This document shows positions 52,740-62,526 of a stretch of 64,000 nt of DNA, piece after piece. The position numbers and the translations under genes are program-made. Numbering within the stretch: position 1 is the stretch's first letter; every line of letters starts with the position of its first letter. Origin of the DNA: Minisyncoccota bacterium (lineage in GTDB: Bacteria; Patescibacteriota; Minisyncoccia; Phycocordibacterales; JABAAK01); contig OZ244939.1 of the NCBI GenBank assembly GCA_965222235.1, positions 7,924-71,923 on the forward strand. The letters run 5' to 3'. Under the pieces are notes generated by a model that saw nothing but the letters and a program-made list of their open reading frames with translations, ran no database searches and was not told the DNA's origin.

Positions 52740-53708
52740 ATGTTTATTGATGAAAGAACAATCACTATCGCAGGGGGTAAGGGCGGCAACGGCGTGGTGC
52801 ACTGGCATCGTGAAAAGTTTCTCGCCCGGGGCGGCCCTGACGGCGGCAACGGCGGTGACGGCGGTGACGCGTATCTCGTGACCGTTCGCGATATCCGCGC
52901 GCTTGAGCGCTATCGCGAAGGAGAGATTGTGTCGGCGCAGGACGGTATGCCCGGTGAGGCAGCGCTGCGCAGCGGAAAAAACGGCGATGATTCCATGATA
53001 CGTGTTCCTGTCGGATCAATTGTCACCAACATGAACACCAAAGAGCGGTTTGAGCTCATGGAAGAGGGGCAGCGGGTCATGGTTGCGGCAGGAGGAAGGG
53101 GCGGTCTCGGCAATGCGCATTTCAAAAGTTCGGTCAACACGACGCCGAAGACGGCGACCCCGGGAGAACCTCCGCAGGCATACCGTTTCCATATTGAGCT
53201 GAACATTATCGCCGATGTCGGTATCATCGGCCTTCCGAATGCGGGGAAATCAACATTGCTCAATACGCTGACGAATGCAAAGGCACGCGTTGCGTCGTAT
53301 CCGTTTACCACACTTGAGCCGAACCTCGGCATATTTCACGGCTATGTGCTCGCCGACATTCCCGGCCTCATTGCCCACGCTTCGGAAGGGAAGGGACTGG
53401 GACACACTTTTTTGCGGCATATTGCACGTACCCGGGCGTTGCTGCACCTTGTCGCGGCTGATGAGCCGGATGTTGCCGAAGCGTACCGCACCATCCGCAA
53501 TGAGCTGGCATCATATGATCCGGCACTTTTAAAAAAGAGGGAGGTCGTGGTTCTTTCAAAGGCGGATACAATTGAACAGGAACGCATTCCGGATCTTCTG
53601 AAACAGCTGCCGGAAGGCACGGTGCCGCTGACCGTACTGGATGACGAATCCGTTACATCGCTCAGCGGGGATATATCCCGCATGATCACAAAAAATACGC
53701 CGCAATGA
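52740..53708 (+). CDS. obg: GTPase Obg (ObgE/CgtA).
   Basis: The glycine-rich Obg fold is FIDERTITIAGGKGGNGVVHWHREKF...GGPDGGNGGDGGDAYL. The G domain has GLPNAGKSTLLN (G1), DIPGLI (G3) and SKAD (G4). Confidence 0.95.
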   Translation: MFIDERTITIAGGKGGNGVVHWHREKFLARGGPDGGNGGDGGDAYLVTVRDIRALERYREGEIVSAQDGMPGEAALRSGKNGDDSMIRVPVGSIVTNMNTKERFELMEEGQRVMVAAGGRGGLGNAHFKSSVNTTPKTATPGEPPQAYRFHIELNIIADVGIIGLPNAGKSTLLNTLTNAKARVASYPFTTLEPNLGIFHGYVLADIPGLIAHASEGKGLGHTFLRHIARTRALLHLVAADEPDVAEAYRTIRNELASYDPALLKKREVVVLSKADTIEQERIPDLLKQLPEGTVPLTVLDDESVTSLSGDISRMITKNTPQ

Positions 53709-53803
53709 TGAAGAGAGTAATAACGGTACATACTCACACCGTCCCGACCGGAGGGGTGTGATGTGCACCACGATATGTATACACCTATGCTACACTGACC
53801 GGT

Positions 53804-55969
53804 ATGTACCTCAGGGAGATTACCATTGAAGGGTTCAAATCATTCGGCAAAGCCGCCACCCTGTCATTTCCGACCCGAACCACCTGCATCGTCGGCCCGA
53901 ACGGGTCGGGTAAATCCAATGTCACCGAGGCCTTTCGATTCGTGCTTGGCGAACAGTCAATGAAATCCATGCGGGGAAGGCGGGGGGAGGATCTCATCTT
54001 CAACGGCGGGGAAGGGGCAACGCGGGCACAGCGGGCATCGGTGAGTATTGTGTTTGATAACAGCAGTCGTGTGCTGAACGACACCTTTGACACCGTTACC
54101 GTATCCCGCACCGTCTATCGCGACGGGACAAATGAATACGGCATTAACGGCACCCAGGTGCGCCATCGGGATGTGATTGAAATGCTCGCCCGGGCAAATA
54201 TCGGTACAACAGGCCACCATATTATCTCTCAGGGCGAAGCCGACCGTATGTTGAACAGTTCGCCCGAGGAGCGGAAGGAAATCCTTGAGGACGGTCTCGG
54301 GCTCAAACTGCTGCAGTACCGCCGCACGGAAGCGGAAAAGAAACTGAACCGCGCGCAGAAGAATATCGCCGAAACCGACCTCATACTCCGTGAGATACTG
54401 CCGCACATGCGACACCTAAAACGGCAGGTTGACCGGTATGAAAAGTCGCGTGTGATACGGAAGGATCTTGAAGATATGTACGCGGAGTATTTTGTCCGCG
54501 AGCTGCACTATCTTACACGGCAGAAGAAAGAGCTGGAGGAACAGCGCGGTATTCTCAGGAAACGCGTAGATGATTTGGAGAAAGCCGTATCTCAGGAGAA
54601 GAAGCGGACATCAAGCGCGGTCGCTGATGATCTGAACATGCGCATGCGGGATTTGCAGGAGCATATTCAGGAAATCAGGAACAAGAAAGATACCGCCGTT
54701 CGTGAACTCGGACGCCTGGAAGGGGAGCGGAACGCCCTCACTGCGTTCACCGAAACCGCCGCTGAAGCCGCCATTGAGCGGAAAAAGATTTCCGATGTGT
54801 ATGAAGATATACAGAAACGCGCCGATGTCGCCGAACAATCCGACTATCCTGCCGTCATCGCCTACATTATCCGGCAGATCGGCGCACTGCTTGAGACGGG
54901 CGGTATTTCCGATGACAGCGCGACCGCAAAACGGCGTGAAAAGCTGGAAAAGGAGTGCGTTGCGGCAAAGGGGCGTATTGAACTCCTGGAGAAGGATGAA
55001 AAGGATTATCTGCAGCGGCAGAATGCCGTACGCTCTGAACAGGAAGAAACCATCAGCAATCTTAAACAGTCGGAACAGACGCTTGTTGCGCGCATGACCG
55101 AGAAAAACACCGCGGAACAGGAGATGGCTGATATTAACCGCGGCATATCCGCACTGCATGAGGATGAAAAGGAAGTGCAGTTGGAGTTGCGGGAAGGCGC
55201 GGTTCTTATCGGATCCGCCGTTAATCGGTACAAAGAGATATCGGTGCCGAACGATGCCGCGGCAGAGGAGCGGCAGCAGCAGAAAAAGCGGAAGCGCCTC
55301 CTGGAGCGGAAGAAGATAGAGTTGGAAACGGTCGGGACCGGCAGTGGGGAAGAGGTGTACCGGGAATACGGGGAGGTGTCGGAACGGATGACCTTCCTGA
55401 ACAGGGAAAAGGAAGATCTTGCAAACAGCATTCGGGACTGCGAGAAGTGCATTGACCGTATACAAAAAGAAATAGATGTCCGCTTTCAGAAGGGCGTGAA
55501 GAAGATAAGCGGGGAATTCGAATCATTTTTCAGGATACTTTTCGGCGGCGGCAGGGCGAGCATCAGTATCCAGAAAAGGAACATTCAGCATGAAGACGGA
55601 GAGCCGGAGGAGCGCGTCGGCGTTGCGGTGCAGGTATCACTACCGAGAAAGAAGATACATTCGCTGGAGCAGCTCTCGGGCGGGGAACGGGCGCTGGTCT
55701 CTATCGCGCTGCTCTTTGCGATTTCACAGGTCACACCCCCGCCGTTTCTCGTTCTTGATGAAACCGACGCGGCGTTGGATGAGGCGAATTCCCGGCGGTA
55801 CTCCGATATCATTGAAACGCTCGCGAAGCGATCCCAGCTCATTCTGGTTACGCACAACAGGGAAACGATGCACTGCGCCGGTGCGCTGTACGGAGTGACC
55901 ATGAATTCAGGCGGCGTTTCCACATTGCTCTCCATACATTTTGAAGAAGCTGTTCAGGCGGCGAAATAG
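53804..55969 (+). CDS. SMC-like ATPase (SMC head domains with shortened coiled coil; no hinge domain recognised).
   Basis: The N-terminal SMC head is LREITIEGFKSFGKAATLSFPTRTTCIVGPNGSGKSNVTEAFRFVLGEQSMKSMRG. The C-terminal signature is LSGGERALVSIALLFAISQVTPPPFLVLDETDAALD. The protein is only 721 aa versus about 1180 for canonical SMC, and the middle is all coiled coil with no hinge-like G-rich motifs. Confidence 0.8.
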   Translation: MYLREITIEGFKSFGKAATLSFPTRTTCIVGPNGSGKSNVTEAFRFVLGEQSMKSMRGRRGEDLIFNGGEGATRAQRASVSIVFDNSSRVLNDTFDTVTVSRTVYRDGTNEYGINGTQVRHRDVIEMLARANIGTTGHHIISQGEADRMLNSSPEERKEILEDGLGLKLLQYRRTEAEKKLNRAQKNIAETDLILREILPHMRHLKRQVDRYEKSRVIRKDLEDMYAEYFVRELHYLTRQKKELEEQRGILRKRVDDLEKAVSQEKKRTSSAVADDLNMRMRDLQEHIQEIRNKKDTAVRELGRLEGERNALTAFTETAAEAAIERKKISDVYEDIQKRADVAEQSDYPAVIAYIIRQIGALLETGGISDDSATAKRREKLEKECVAAKGRIELLEKDEKDYLQRQNAVRSEQEETISNLKQSEQTLVARMTEKNTAEQEMADINRGISALHEDEKEVQLELREGAVLIGSAVNRYKEISVPNDAAAEERQQQKKRKRLLERKKIELETVGTGSGEEVYREYGEVSERMTFLNREKEDLANSIRDCEKCIDRIQKEIDVRFQKGVKKISGEFESFFRILFGGGRASISIQKRNIQHEDGEPEERVGVAVQVSLPRKKIHSLEQLSGGERALVSIALLFAISQVTPPPFLVLDETDAALDEANSRRYSDIIETLAKRSQLILVTHNRETMHCAGALYGVTMNSGGVSTLLSIHFEEAVQAAK

Positions 55970-56415
55970 TGTGTATACTGTTTCCTTATATGCAAAAGAA
56001 AAAGACACAGGAATCACACAGTCCGCGTATCGGAAAGTATGCCTGCGCCGTTAAGCGGTCATCCACCGGTCTCGGTCTCTTCGCTCAGGAGGATATACCG
56101 AAAGGGAAATTCATTGTTGAGTATTACGGACCGGTACTTACACCGAAGGAGGCTGATGATAAACAGGGGAAGTATCTGTTTGAAGTCAGTAGCCGGAGGG
56201 TGGTGGACGGCACGTTGCGCTGCAATACAGCACGGTACATCAACCATTCCTGCGCGCCGAACTGTAAGGTTGATATCGTGAAAGGGAAGATATATGTGTA
56301 CGCGAAGCGGCGTATTCGGTCGGGTGAGGAGTTTGCGTATAATTACGGCAAGGAGTATTTTGATGATTTTATCAGACCGCACGGGTGCCAGTGTATAAAG
56401 TGTATGAGGAAATAA
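55969..56415 (+). CDS. SET-domain protein-lysine methyltransferase.
   Basis: SET signatures are GKFIVEYYGPVLT, ARYINHSCAPNC and EEFAYNYG, followed by the post-SET Cys cluster GCQCIKC. The start overlaps the SMC-like stop. Confidence 0.8.
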   Translation: MCILFPYMQKKKTQESHSPRIGKYACAVKRSSTGLGLFAQEDIPKGKFIVEYYGPVLTPKEADDKQGKYLFEVSSRRVVDGTLRCNTARYINHSCAPNCKVDIVKGKIYVYAKRRIRSGEEFAYNYGKEYFDDFIRPHGCQCIKCMRK

Positions 56416-56440
56416 TACATGTGGTAAGGTAACTGTATAT

Positions 56441-56881
56441 ATGGAAGGAATATCATTTAGTCTGTTATTGAGGGAGGCATTCGCCCTGCTGCCGATTCTG
56501 CCCTGGATTTTTATCATCATAAGCGCCGTCATCGCATATTTTTTTGGTTGGCTGTGGTTTGGCGTATGGTTCAAGAAGAAATATATGCAACTTATACAAA
56601 ACAAGAGTAAGAAGACAAACTGGACGGCAATGGTTATTCAGTTTCTCGGTCTGTTCACGCTTGCGTATTTGATTGGCATCCTTTCACTGTTTCCGGGAAT
56701 GTTGCTGCTCGGCACTGATGCGCTGCTGGGAGTGATACTGCTTTTATCATTAGCGGGAATACTGTTCGAGCGCGGTAATACCCGCGATGCCGTTCGTTTC
56801 TGGCTCATCACCGCGGGATATGAGTGCGCAGCCGTCCTGATTATGCTGCTCATCATCGGCTCCTCCTATTATGTTATATAG
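56441..56881 (+). CDS. Hypothetical polytopic membrane protein.
   Basis: 146 aa with about four hydrophobic helices and no known motif. Confidence 0.45.
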   Translation: MEGISFSLLLREAFALLPILPWIFIIISAVIAYFFGWLWFGVWFKKKYMQLIQNKSKKTNWTAMVIQFLGLFTLAYLIGILSLFPGMLLLGTDALLGVILLLSLAGILFERGNTRDAVRFWLITAGYECAAVLIMLLIIGSSYYVI

Positions 56882-56887
56882 TTGCGC

Positions 56888-58045
56888 CTACACTCTCGGT
56901 ATGTGTTTCGGTATCATCGTGACAATTTCTGATTGAGTGGTTCGCGCCTGTTCCGCGATGTCTCGGGGGGTTATGGTCTCTTTTCCGCTTGTTCCGATGA
57001 TGACGGTCTCGTCTCCGGTCCGTATGTCCCGCCCGGCGGAAACATCGACCATGATATTATTCATGCAGACTCTGCCGCGAACGGGGCAGCGTTTGCCCTT
57101 GATGAGAACCTCACCCCGGTTTGACAGTATGCGCGGATATCCGTCGGCGAAGCCGACAGGCAGTGTCGCTATCATACTCTTTTTTCTTGTCCTGTATGTT
57201 CTGCCATACCCGATGCTCGTATGTTGGTCGGTGGTATGCACCTGTATCACCCGTGTTTTCCAGGAAAGGGCGGGCGCAAAAGAATATTGCTTTTCGAATG
57301 CCTTTTGTATTTTTTCGATCGATCCTTTTGTTTGCAGACCGTAGAGGCCGCGGCCGATTCGCGCCATGTTGCCGATGCTGATGCCGAGTGCGGATCCGGG
57401 CGTGTTAAGTATATGTTTATACCGCATGATACAATGCGCCGCTTCCGCCTGAGCGACCGCCTCTTCAAATATTCTGCATTGCTTTTCCGTATATTTGACG
57501 TCTGAATCAGCGGATGAAAGATGGCTGTAGATCCCCTGTATTGTCAGATGCTTGTTTGCGCATACGCCGGCTATTGTTTTTTCATAGTCATCATGGTTGT
57601 TGAATCCCAGCCGGGTCATGCCGGTGTCTATATTCACATGCACCAGTGCTTTTTTCCTGATATTTCGGGCGATGCGGTTCAGTTGCATATATGAGCCCTT
57701 GTCGTATACCGTGAAGGAAATGTTTTCACGGATTGCTTCTATGACCGTCGCGGTGTCAAAGAGGGTGGCGGAAAAGGCGAGGATGGGAGTCCGGATGCCG
57801 TGTTTCCGCAGCTCAAGCGCTTCTTCAAGGAATACAACACCAAAATGGTTGACCTTATGTTCCAGGAGTTTTGCAACGCGGACGGCATCGTGACCGTACG
57901 CATTGCTCTTTACGACCGGCATAATGTCTATAGATTCTCCCAATATGCGTTTGTACACATTAAAATTATGCAGAATCGCCTTGTCTGATATTTCCAGCCA
58001 GGTTCTGAGTTTTCGTTTGTTCAGCATCCTTTTTGCAGTATACAC
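56888..58045 (-). CDS. alr: Alanine racemase.
   Basis: The PLP-lysine motif is PVVKSNAYGHDAV (compare AVVKANAYGHG); the C-terminal beta-domain has the GRVCMN/MD motif. Confidence 0.9.
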   Translation of the reverse strand: MYTAKRMLNKRKLRTWLEISDKAILHNFNVYKRILGESIDIMPVVKSNAYGHDAVRVAKLLEHKVNHFGVVFLEEALELRKHGIRTPILAFSATLFDTATVIEAIRENISFTVYDKGSYMQLNRIARNIRKKALVHVNIDTGMTRLGFNNHDDYEKTIAGVCANKHLTIQGIYSHLSSADSDVKYTEKQCRIFEEAVAQAEAAHCIMRYKHILNTPGSALGISIGNMARIGRGLYGLQTKGSIEKIQKAFEKQYSFAPALSWKTRVIQVHTTDQHTSIGYGRTYRTRKKSMIATLPVGFADGYPRILSNRGEVLIKGKRCPVRGRVCMNNIMVDVSAGRDIRTGDETVIIGTSGKETITPRDIAEQARTTQSEIVTMIPKHIPRV

Positions 58046-58950
58046 TACCGTATATGGAGTATACCGTTGATATACATGAAACTATTGAGGATATCATTCT
58101 TAAACACGATCGCCGCGGTATCAGCGTTTTGCGGCCGTACCTGCCGCCGCATTTTTGTTCGCATGCGGCGGAGTATATACTGCAGCAGCATCCCGGGACG
58201 GTGCTCATTACCACCGGTTTTTATATCCCGAAGAGGGGAGCGCCGGAGACGGACGGACCGCCGGGCGCGCTCGCTGTCGGCTCGGCGTTGCGGGCGTTCG
58301 GCCGCGATGTTGTATATCTTGCCGGCGCGCCGCTTTCACATATTATCAGTCATTACCTTACGGAGTGCGGCGATCCGTCCCGGGTGATTGATTATCCGGT
58401 GACGAAAGACGACTTTGAGAACAGTATACTCGTTGAGGAGATTATGCAGGCATGTCGTCCTTCCGTCATCATCTCCGTTGAGCGGTGTTCACCGACCGCA
58501 TCCGACCGTTATCTGACGATGCACGGGGAGGATATATCTGAGTACACACCGGGTATTGATTATTTTTTCATGATTGATTTGCCGAGCGTTGCCGTCGGTG
58601 ACGGCGGAAATGAAATCGGTATGGGTAATCTCGCGGAGGTGATCCGTAGTGCCGCACGCCTTCCGAACGATCCGGCGGCTGTCGGTTGCAATTGTCTCGT
58701 GCTCGCCAGTGTTTCAAACTGGGGCGGTTACGGTGTCGCAGCGGCATTATCGTTAGCAGCCGGACGCAATCTTCTTCCTACGGTTGCGGAGGGGTCCCGG
58801 TGCATATGCCGTATTATTGATGCCGGTGGGGTAGACGGTGTATCCGGCGAACGGAAGTATTTTGTAGACGGTTTTAGTTTGGCGGAAAATGCGCGGGTAC
58901 TCGTCGCATTGCATCAGTATGTGGATAGACATCTATGGGAAGACAGATAG
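58033..58950 (+). CDS. Conserved hypothetical protein, possibly DUF4392 / D-glutamate cyclase-like.
   Basis: TGFYIPKRGAPETDGPPGALAV resembles the ETDGP motif I associate with the DUF4392/D-glutamate cyclase family. Uncertain. It is divergent from and overlaps the start of alr. Confidence 0.3.
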   Translation: MQYTLPYMEYTVDIHETIEDIILKHDRRGISVLRPYLPPHFCSHAAEYILQQHPGTVLITTGFYIPKRGAPETDGPPGALAVGSALRAFGRDVVYLAGAPLSHIISHYLTECGDPSRVIDYPVTKDDFENSILVEEIMQACRPSVIISVERCSPTASDRYLTMHGEDISEYTPGIDYFFMIDLPSVAVGDGGNEIGMGNLAEVIRSAARLPNDPAAVGCNCLVLASVSNWGGYGVAAALSLAAGRNLLPTVAEGSRCICRIIDAGGVDGVSGERKYFVDGFSLAENARVLVALHQYVDRHLWEDR

Positions 58951-59017
58951 CGATGCAATGGTATATATGGTATGGTAATGTCGCAAAAGGTATATTGTGC
59001 GACATATAAATAACTCA

Positions 59018-59740
59018 CTACTTCGGTTTCATTGCCCCAATTTTACAGGCGCGGGATTGTGTAATATGCAGTCGTTCAATGTATCGTTCCGCTTCGTTGA
59101 CCGAATCAACAATAACAAACAGGCTTTCATCCTCCTTGTTGATAGTGAGAAACTTTTGACACATTGTTGTCTGTATAAAAGAAGCTAACGGCTGCCAAAA
59201 ATCTTTTCCGTACAACAGTATCGGCAGCGGCTCGCTGTGCCCTGTCTGCACCATCGTGAGCATTTCAAATAATTCATCTAATGTTCCGTAGCCTCCCGGG
59301 AAAAATATATATACTTCTGACGCGCATGACAATATCGTCTTTCGTGAGAAGAAATAACGGAATCGTTTTGAATGTTTGAGAAACATATTATTCGCCTGCT
59401 CTTTCGGTATATCTATGGTAATGCCAACCGATTCTCCTTCACTGCGGTGCGCCCCTCTGTTGGCCGCCCGCATGATTCCCCCGCTGCCGCCGGTAATGAC
59501 CGCAAAGCCCTTCCGGGAGAGCCGTATGGCAAGCTCCTCACACTCTTCATAGTATCCGCTCGGCAGTGATTCCCGTGCGGAACCGAAGAAAGATACCGCC
59601 TTCGCAAAATTTGCAATAAACATGAAGCCGGTGAAGAATTCCCAAAAGATACGAAAAGAGGTCAGGAATGATAGTATCGGTCCCGGTTTTGTAAAAATAA
59701 ACTGCCGGGCAGGATTTTTCAGAAAATTTTTTCTGGTCAT
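59018..59740 (-). CDS. LOG-family protein (cytokinin riboside 5'-monophosphate phosphoribohydrolase / TIGR00730 Rossmann protein).
   Basis: AVITGGSGGIMRAANRGA ... PGGYGTLDELFEMLTMVQTG (PGGxGTxxE signature). Confidence 0.85.
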   Translation of the reverse strand: MTRKNFLKNPARQFIFTKPGPILSFLTSFRIFWEFFTGFMFIANFAKAVSFFGSARESLPSGYYEECEELAIRLSRKGFAVITGGSGGIMRAANRGAHRSEGESVGITIDIPKEQANNMFLKHSKRFRYFFSRKTILSCASEVYIFFPGGYGTLDELFEMLTMVQTGHSEPLPILLYGKDFWQPLASFIQTTMCQKFLTINKEDESLFVIVDSVNEAERYIERLHITQSRACKIGAMKPK

Positions 59741-59829
59741 AATATGATGGTTATATATTGACTATTTTTCAATAATATCACCCTTTTTAGTATACCCCAC
59801 ATGAAATCTGCGCTTTGGACATATACACA

Positions 59830-60216
59830 CTACTGACAGGCTTTCGCTATGGTGTACCCCGCATGTTCAGCCGCTCTCGGTGTGGCATACCATATGATAT
59901 TCTTTTTGACGATCCTTGATCCGGCACCACACCACCACGGATAGTACCGTTTACCGTTTTTTGAAGCATACACCCGTTCAGTGTTCCCCGCGTCATAGTC
60001 CAGCGGTTTCAGAGTGATACCGCCTGAAGATTTGTCACTCCAGAAAAGATGGTTCGCCAGCCCTACCAAAAAAAATATCCCCAGTCCGGCCAGAATACCG
60101 GCACTGATTATATACTTCCCCGCTCCGCTGTTGAATATGTCGTTCATGTCTTGTATACTATCAGCATATGGCACATAGGAAAGCGGGAGGATCCGCAAAA
60201 AGTCTTCGGGACTCAA
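59830..60216 (-). CDS. Small membrane-anchored protein with an Ada-like Cys-containing C-terminal domain.
   Basis: A transmembrane helix ([18 protein letters not shown]), then [46 protein letters not shown], resembling the YH..C...N..F.S...A...GY..C pattern of the Ada metal-binding-like domain. Confidence 0.35.
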   Translation of the reverse strand: MSPEDFLRILPLSYVPYADSIQDMNDIFNSGAGKYIISAGILAGLGIFFLVGLANHLFWSDKSSGGITLKPLDYDAGNTERVYASKNGKRYYPWWCGAGSRIVKKNIIWYATPRAAEHAGYTIAKACQ

Positions 60217-60449
60217 ATCCCAAGTATCTGGGGGTAAAGCGGACGGACGGTCAGGCGGTCCGGACCGGTTCCATTATTGTCCGTCAGCGCGGACTCCGCA
60301 TCTGTGCCGGTGACGGTGTAGGTGTCGGCAAGGATCATACCCTCTTTGCTCTCAGAGACGGCATTGTTCAATTTATCAAAAAACGAAAAACCACCTTCAC
60401 CGGAGCAACGAAAGAACGATCGTTTGTCTGTATTAAACCCGGGAAATAG
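60168..60449 (+). CDS. rpmA: 50S ribosomal protein L27 (bL27).
   Basis: [69 protein letters not shown] matches the L27 consensus ([25 protein letters not shown]...[10 protein letters not shown]...G.DHTLFA). Confidence 0.9.
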   Translation: MAHRKAGGSAKSLRDSNPKYLGVKRTDGQAVRTGSIIVRQRGLRICAGDGVGVGKDHTLFALRDGIVQFIKKRKTTFTGATKERSFVCIKPGK

Positions 60450-60456
60450 CCGCACA

Positions 60457-60924
60457 ATGCATCAGGTTGTTTTAGCCATCCGTTCTCTTCTTGATACACA
60501 CGGTATTCCGTATACCTTCATGGAGCATGAGCCGGGCATTACCAGCGAGGATATGGTTGCCATACGCAAGGATTTCACTCTTTCGGAGGGTGCCAAGGCG
60601 CTCATACTGATGACCGATCACGGGTTCATACAGGTGGTAGTGCCGGGGGATAAAAAGTTCTCAAATAGTAAGGTGCGCAACATTGCCGATACGAAAGATA
60701 TTCGGTTTGCAACACCCGAAGAATTATCAGAGATAACCGGCGGTGTGCTTCCCGGAGCGGTGCCGCCGTTCGGCACTCTTTTTGATGTGCCGGTATATGC
60801 CGACAGTGGTATTTTTGATAATGAGCGGATTGTCTTCAACTGCGGCGAACGTACAAAGAGTATCGCCATGTCACCTGAAAATTATAGAAACATTGTCCGG
60901 CCGACGGTTGCCGATATAGTGTAA
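60457..60924 (+). CDS. YbaK/ProX-family aminoacyl-tRNA deacylase domain protein.
   Basis: The internal start at 60457 was chosen because the longer track ORF overlaps rpmA out of frame. ITGGVLPGAVPPFG matches the YbaK tGy..GG.sP.G motif. Confidence 0.55.
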   Translation: MHQVVLAIRSLLDTHGIPYTFMEHEPGITSEDMVAIRKDFTLSEGAKALILMTDHGFIQVVVPGDKKFSNSKVRNIADTKDIRFATPEELSEITGGVLPGAVPPFGTLFDVPVYADSGIFDNERIVFNCGERTKSIAMSPENYRNIVRPTVADIV

Positions 60925-60930
60925 CGACCG

Positions 60931-61965
60931 TTACTCTTCCCCGCCGGCTCCCGCTTCCGGTACTATTTCAATTCCTTTATATTTCTTTATCGCATGCTGT
61001 AATGTCTGTGTGAAAGATATCTGAGCCGCGTAAATGCAGTCATCCCTCCCCTTCCATTCCGCAAGTGCCGGTTCCTGCAGCGCTCTGCCGTATGAAAATG
61101 TCAACGGCGGCCTGAATGTATGCGGCGTATTCGGTTCCTCGGCAATTGCCCGTATCCGCTGTATGTATTCAATGGCGGTATGCGACGGCAGGCCGCCCGA
61201 AAGGAACACAATGCCGTAGAAACTTTTTTCATTGTCAAGCCCGATTTTTTTAAATGCCTCCAGTGTTCGCGCTGCGACGATATCGGCGGGTTTCGCCTCA
61301 CATGCAAGACCGGGGACGGCGAATGATGTTTTTAAAATACAGCGGTGAGGGTTGCAGTCATTGCGCTTCAGTGCGGCAAGAACGGCGGTCACCGTTCGCT
61401 CGAGCATTGATGCCGCTTCATCAATATCGTGATTCCCTTCAAGCAGCACCTCCGGCTCAATAATGGGTATCAGATCATGCTTGAGGGCAGTGTTTGCATA
61501 TGCCGCCATTGTCTCGGCCATTGTTGTCAAAAAGGCCTCCGGGACATCGCGAACCGGAATAACGGAGCGCCATTTAACGAATTCCGCCCCCTGTTTCGCG
61601 TAGGATTTGCATTTCTGGTTCAGGTGTTCCAGTCCTTTTGTGATATACAGGTCTTCAGCGCCGTCATATGCTTCAAGGCCGTCGTCAACCTTAACGCCGA
61701 CGAGTATACCCATTCTCCGTAAATATTCCCGGGTAAGGTGACCGGCTGTTGTATGTTCGGAAAAGGTGTCTTCCGAGAGAATAGCGGCGCTGATAGTTCT
61801 CTCCAGGTTCGGTGTTGAAAACAGCAGTTCCCGATACCGGTTTCGTGCGTCAATGCCGTCTTCAATATTGTATGCCCGCAGTCGCTTATCCATTGATGAC
61901 GGGCGCTCATCCGCGGCCAAAATGCCCTTGTATTCCTGAAAAATTTTTTGCAGCGTTGTCTGCAT
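60931..61965 (-). CDS. fba: Fructose-bisphosphate aldolase, class I.
   Basis: KGILAADERPSSMDKRLRAYNIEDGIDARNRYRELLFSTP matches the class I FBA N-terminus (GILAADESTGT..KRL..IGVENTEENRR.YRQLLF). Confidence 0.85.
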   Translation of the reverse strand: MQTTLQKIFQEYKGILAADERPSSMDKRLRAYNIEDGIDARNRYRELLFSTPNLERTISAAILSEDTFSEHTTAGHLTREYLRRMGILVGVKVDDGLEAYDGAEDLYITKGLEHLNQKCKSYAKQGAEFVKWRSVIPVRDVPEAFLTTMAETMAAYANTALKHDLIPIIEPEVLLEGNHDIDEAASMLERTVTAVLAALKRNDCNPHRCILKTSFAVPGLACEAKPADIVAARTLEAFKKIGLDNEKSFYGIVFLSGGLPSHTAIEYIQRIRAIAEEPNTPHTFRPPLTFSYGRALQEPALAEWKGRDDCIYAAQISFTQTLQHAIKKYKGIEIVPEAGAGGEE

Positions 61966-61970
61966 ACCGC

Positions 61971-62420
61971 TTATTGTTTCTTTTCCGTGACAATAACAGT
62001 TATATCTTTTTTCATATCACGGCAGGATACCGCAACCGCATGCTCGCCGGTCTGCTTTAGTGCCGCCGATGAGAACCATGCAGCGGGAGCGGCTATTCCC
62101 TGTTCCGCAAGCTGCGCGGCAATTACCGCCCCGTGTATCGCACTAAAAGGTGTTCCCTGTTCATTTACTGGAACTGCTATGGTGAGTGTTTCAGGAAGGG
62201 TGTCAAATATTTGTTTCTCACGATCTTTTTGTTCCGCGCTCCTCTCCATTTTTTCCTGTCGTTGGCGTATGACCTGATTGCCCTGTTCCTCGGTGCTTCC
62301 GACCGCTTTTTTGCGGGGTATGAGGAAATTCATGGCATATCCGTCGCTGACGGTGCATACATCACCGCGAACCCCCAATCCTTTTATATCTTCAAGCAAC
62401 ACGATCTTCATGCATGGCAT
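61971..62420 (-). CDS. rplI: 50S ribosomal protein L9 (bL9).
   Basis: MKIVLLEDIKGLGVRGDVCTVSDGYAMNFLIPRKKAV matches the L9 N-domain (MQVILL.KV..LG..GD.V.VK.GYARNFL.P.G.A). Confidence 0.85.
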   Translation of the reverse strand: MPCMKIVLLEDIKGLGVRGDVCTVSDGYAMNFLIPRKKAVGSTEEQGNQVIRQRQEKMERSAEQKDREKQIFDTLPETLTIAVPVNEQGTPFSAIHGAVIAAQLAEQGIAAPAAWFSSAALKQTGEHAVAVSCRDMKKDITVIVTEKKQ

Positions 62421-62526
62421 TGTAGCATAGACATGATACCTGTTTCAATTTTCAGGGGTATATACAACAATACACCCCGAATTGGATATTCGGGGTGTAT
62501 TGCCGTGGCGATATACAGCGTATGCG

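Noticed and set aside
60322-60456. N-terminal extension of the YbaK-like ORF overlapping rpmA out of frame.
   Set aside because: rpmA (L27) is unambiguous in the other frame. The internal ATG at 60457 gives a sensible YbaK-size protein.
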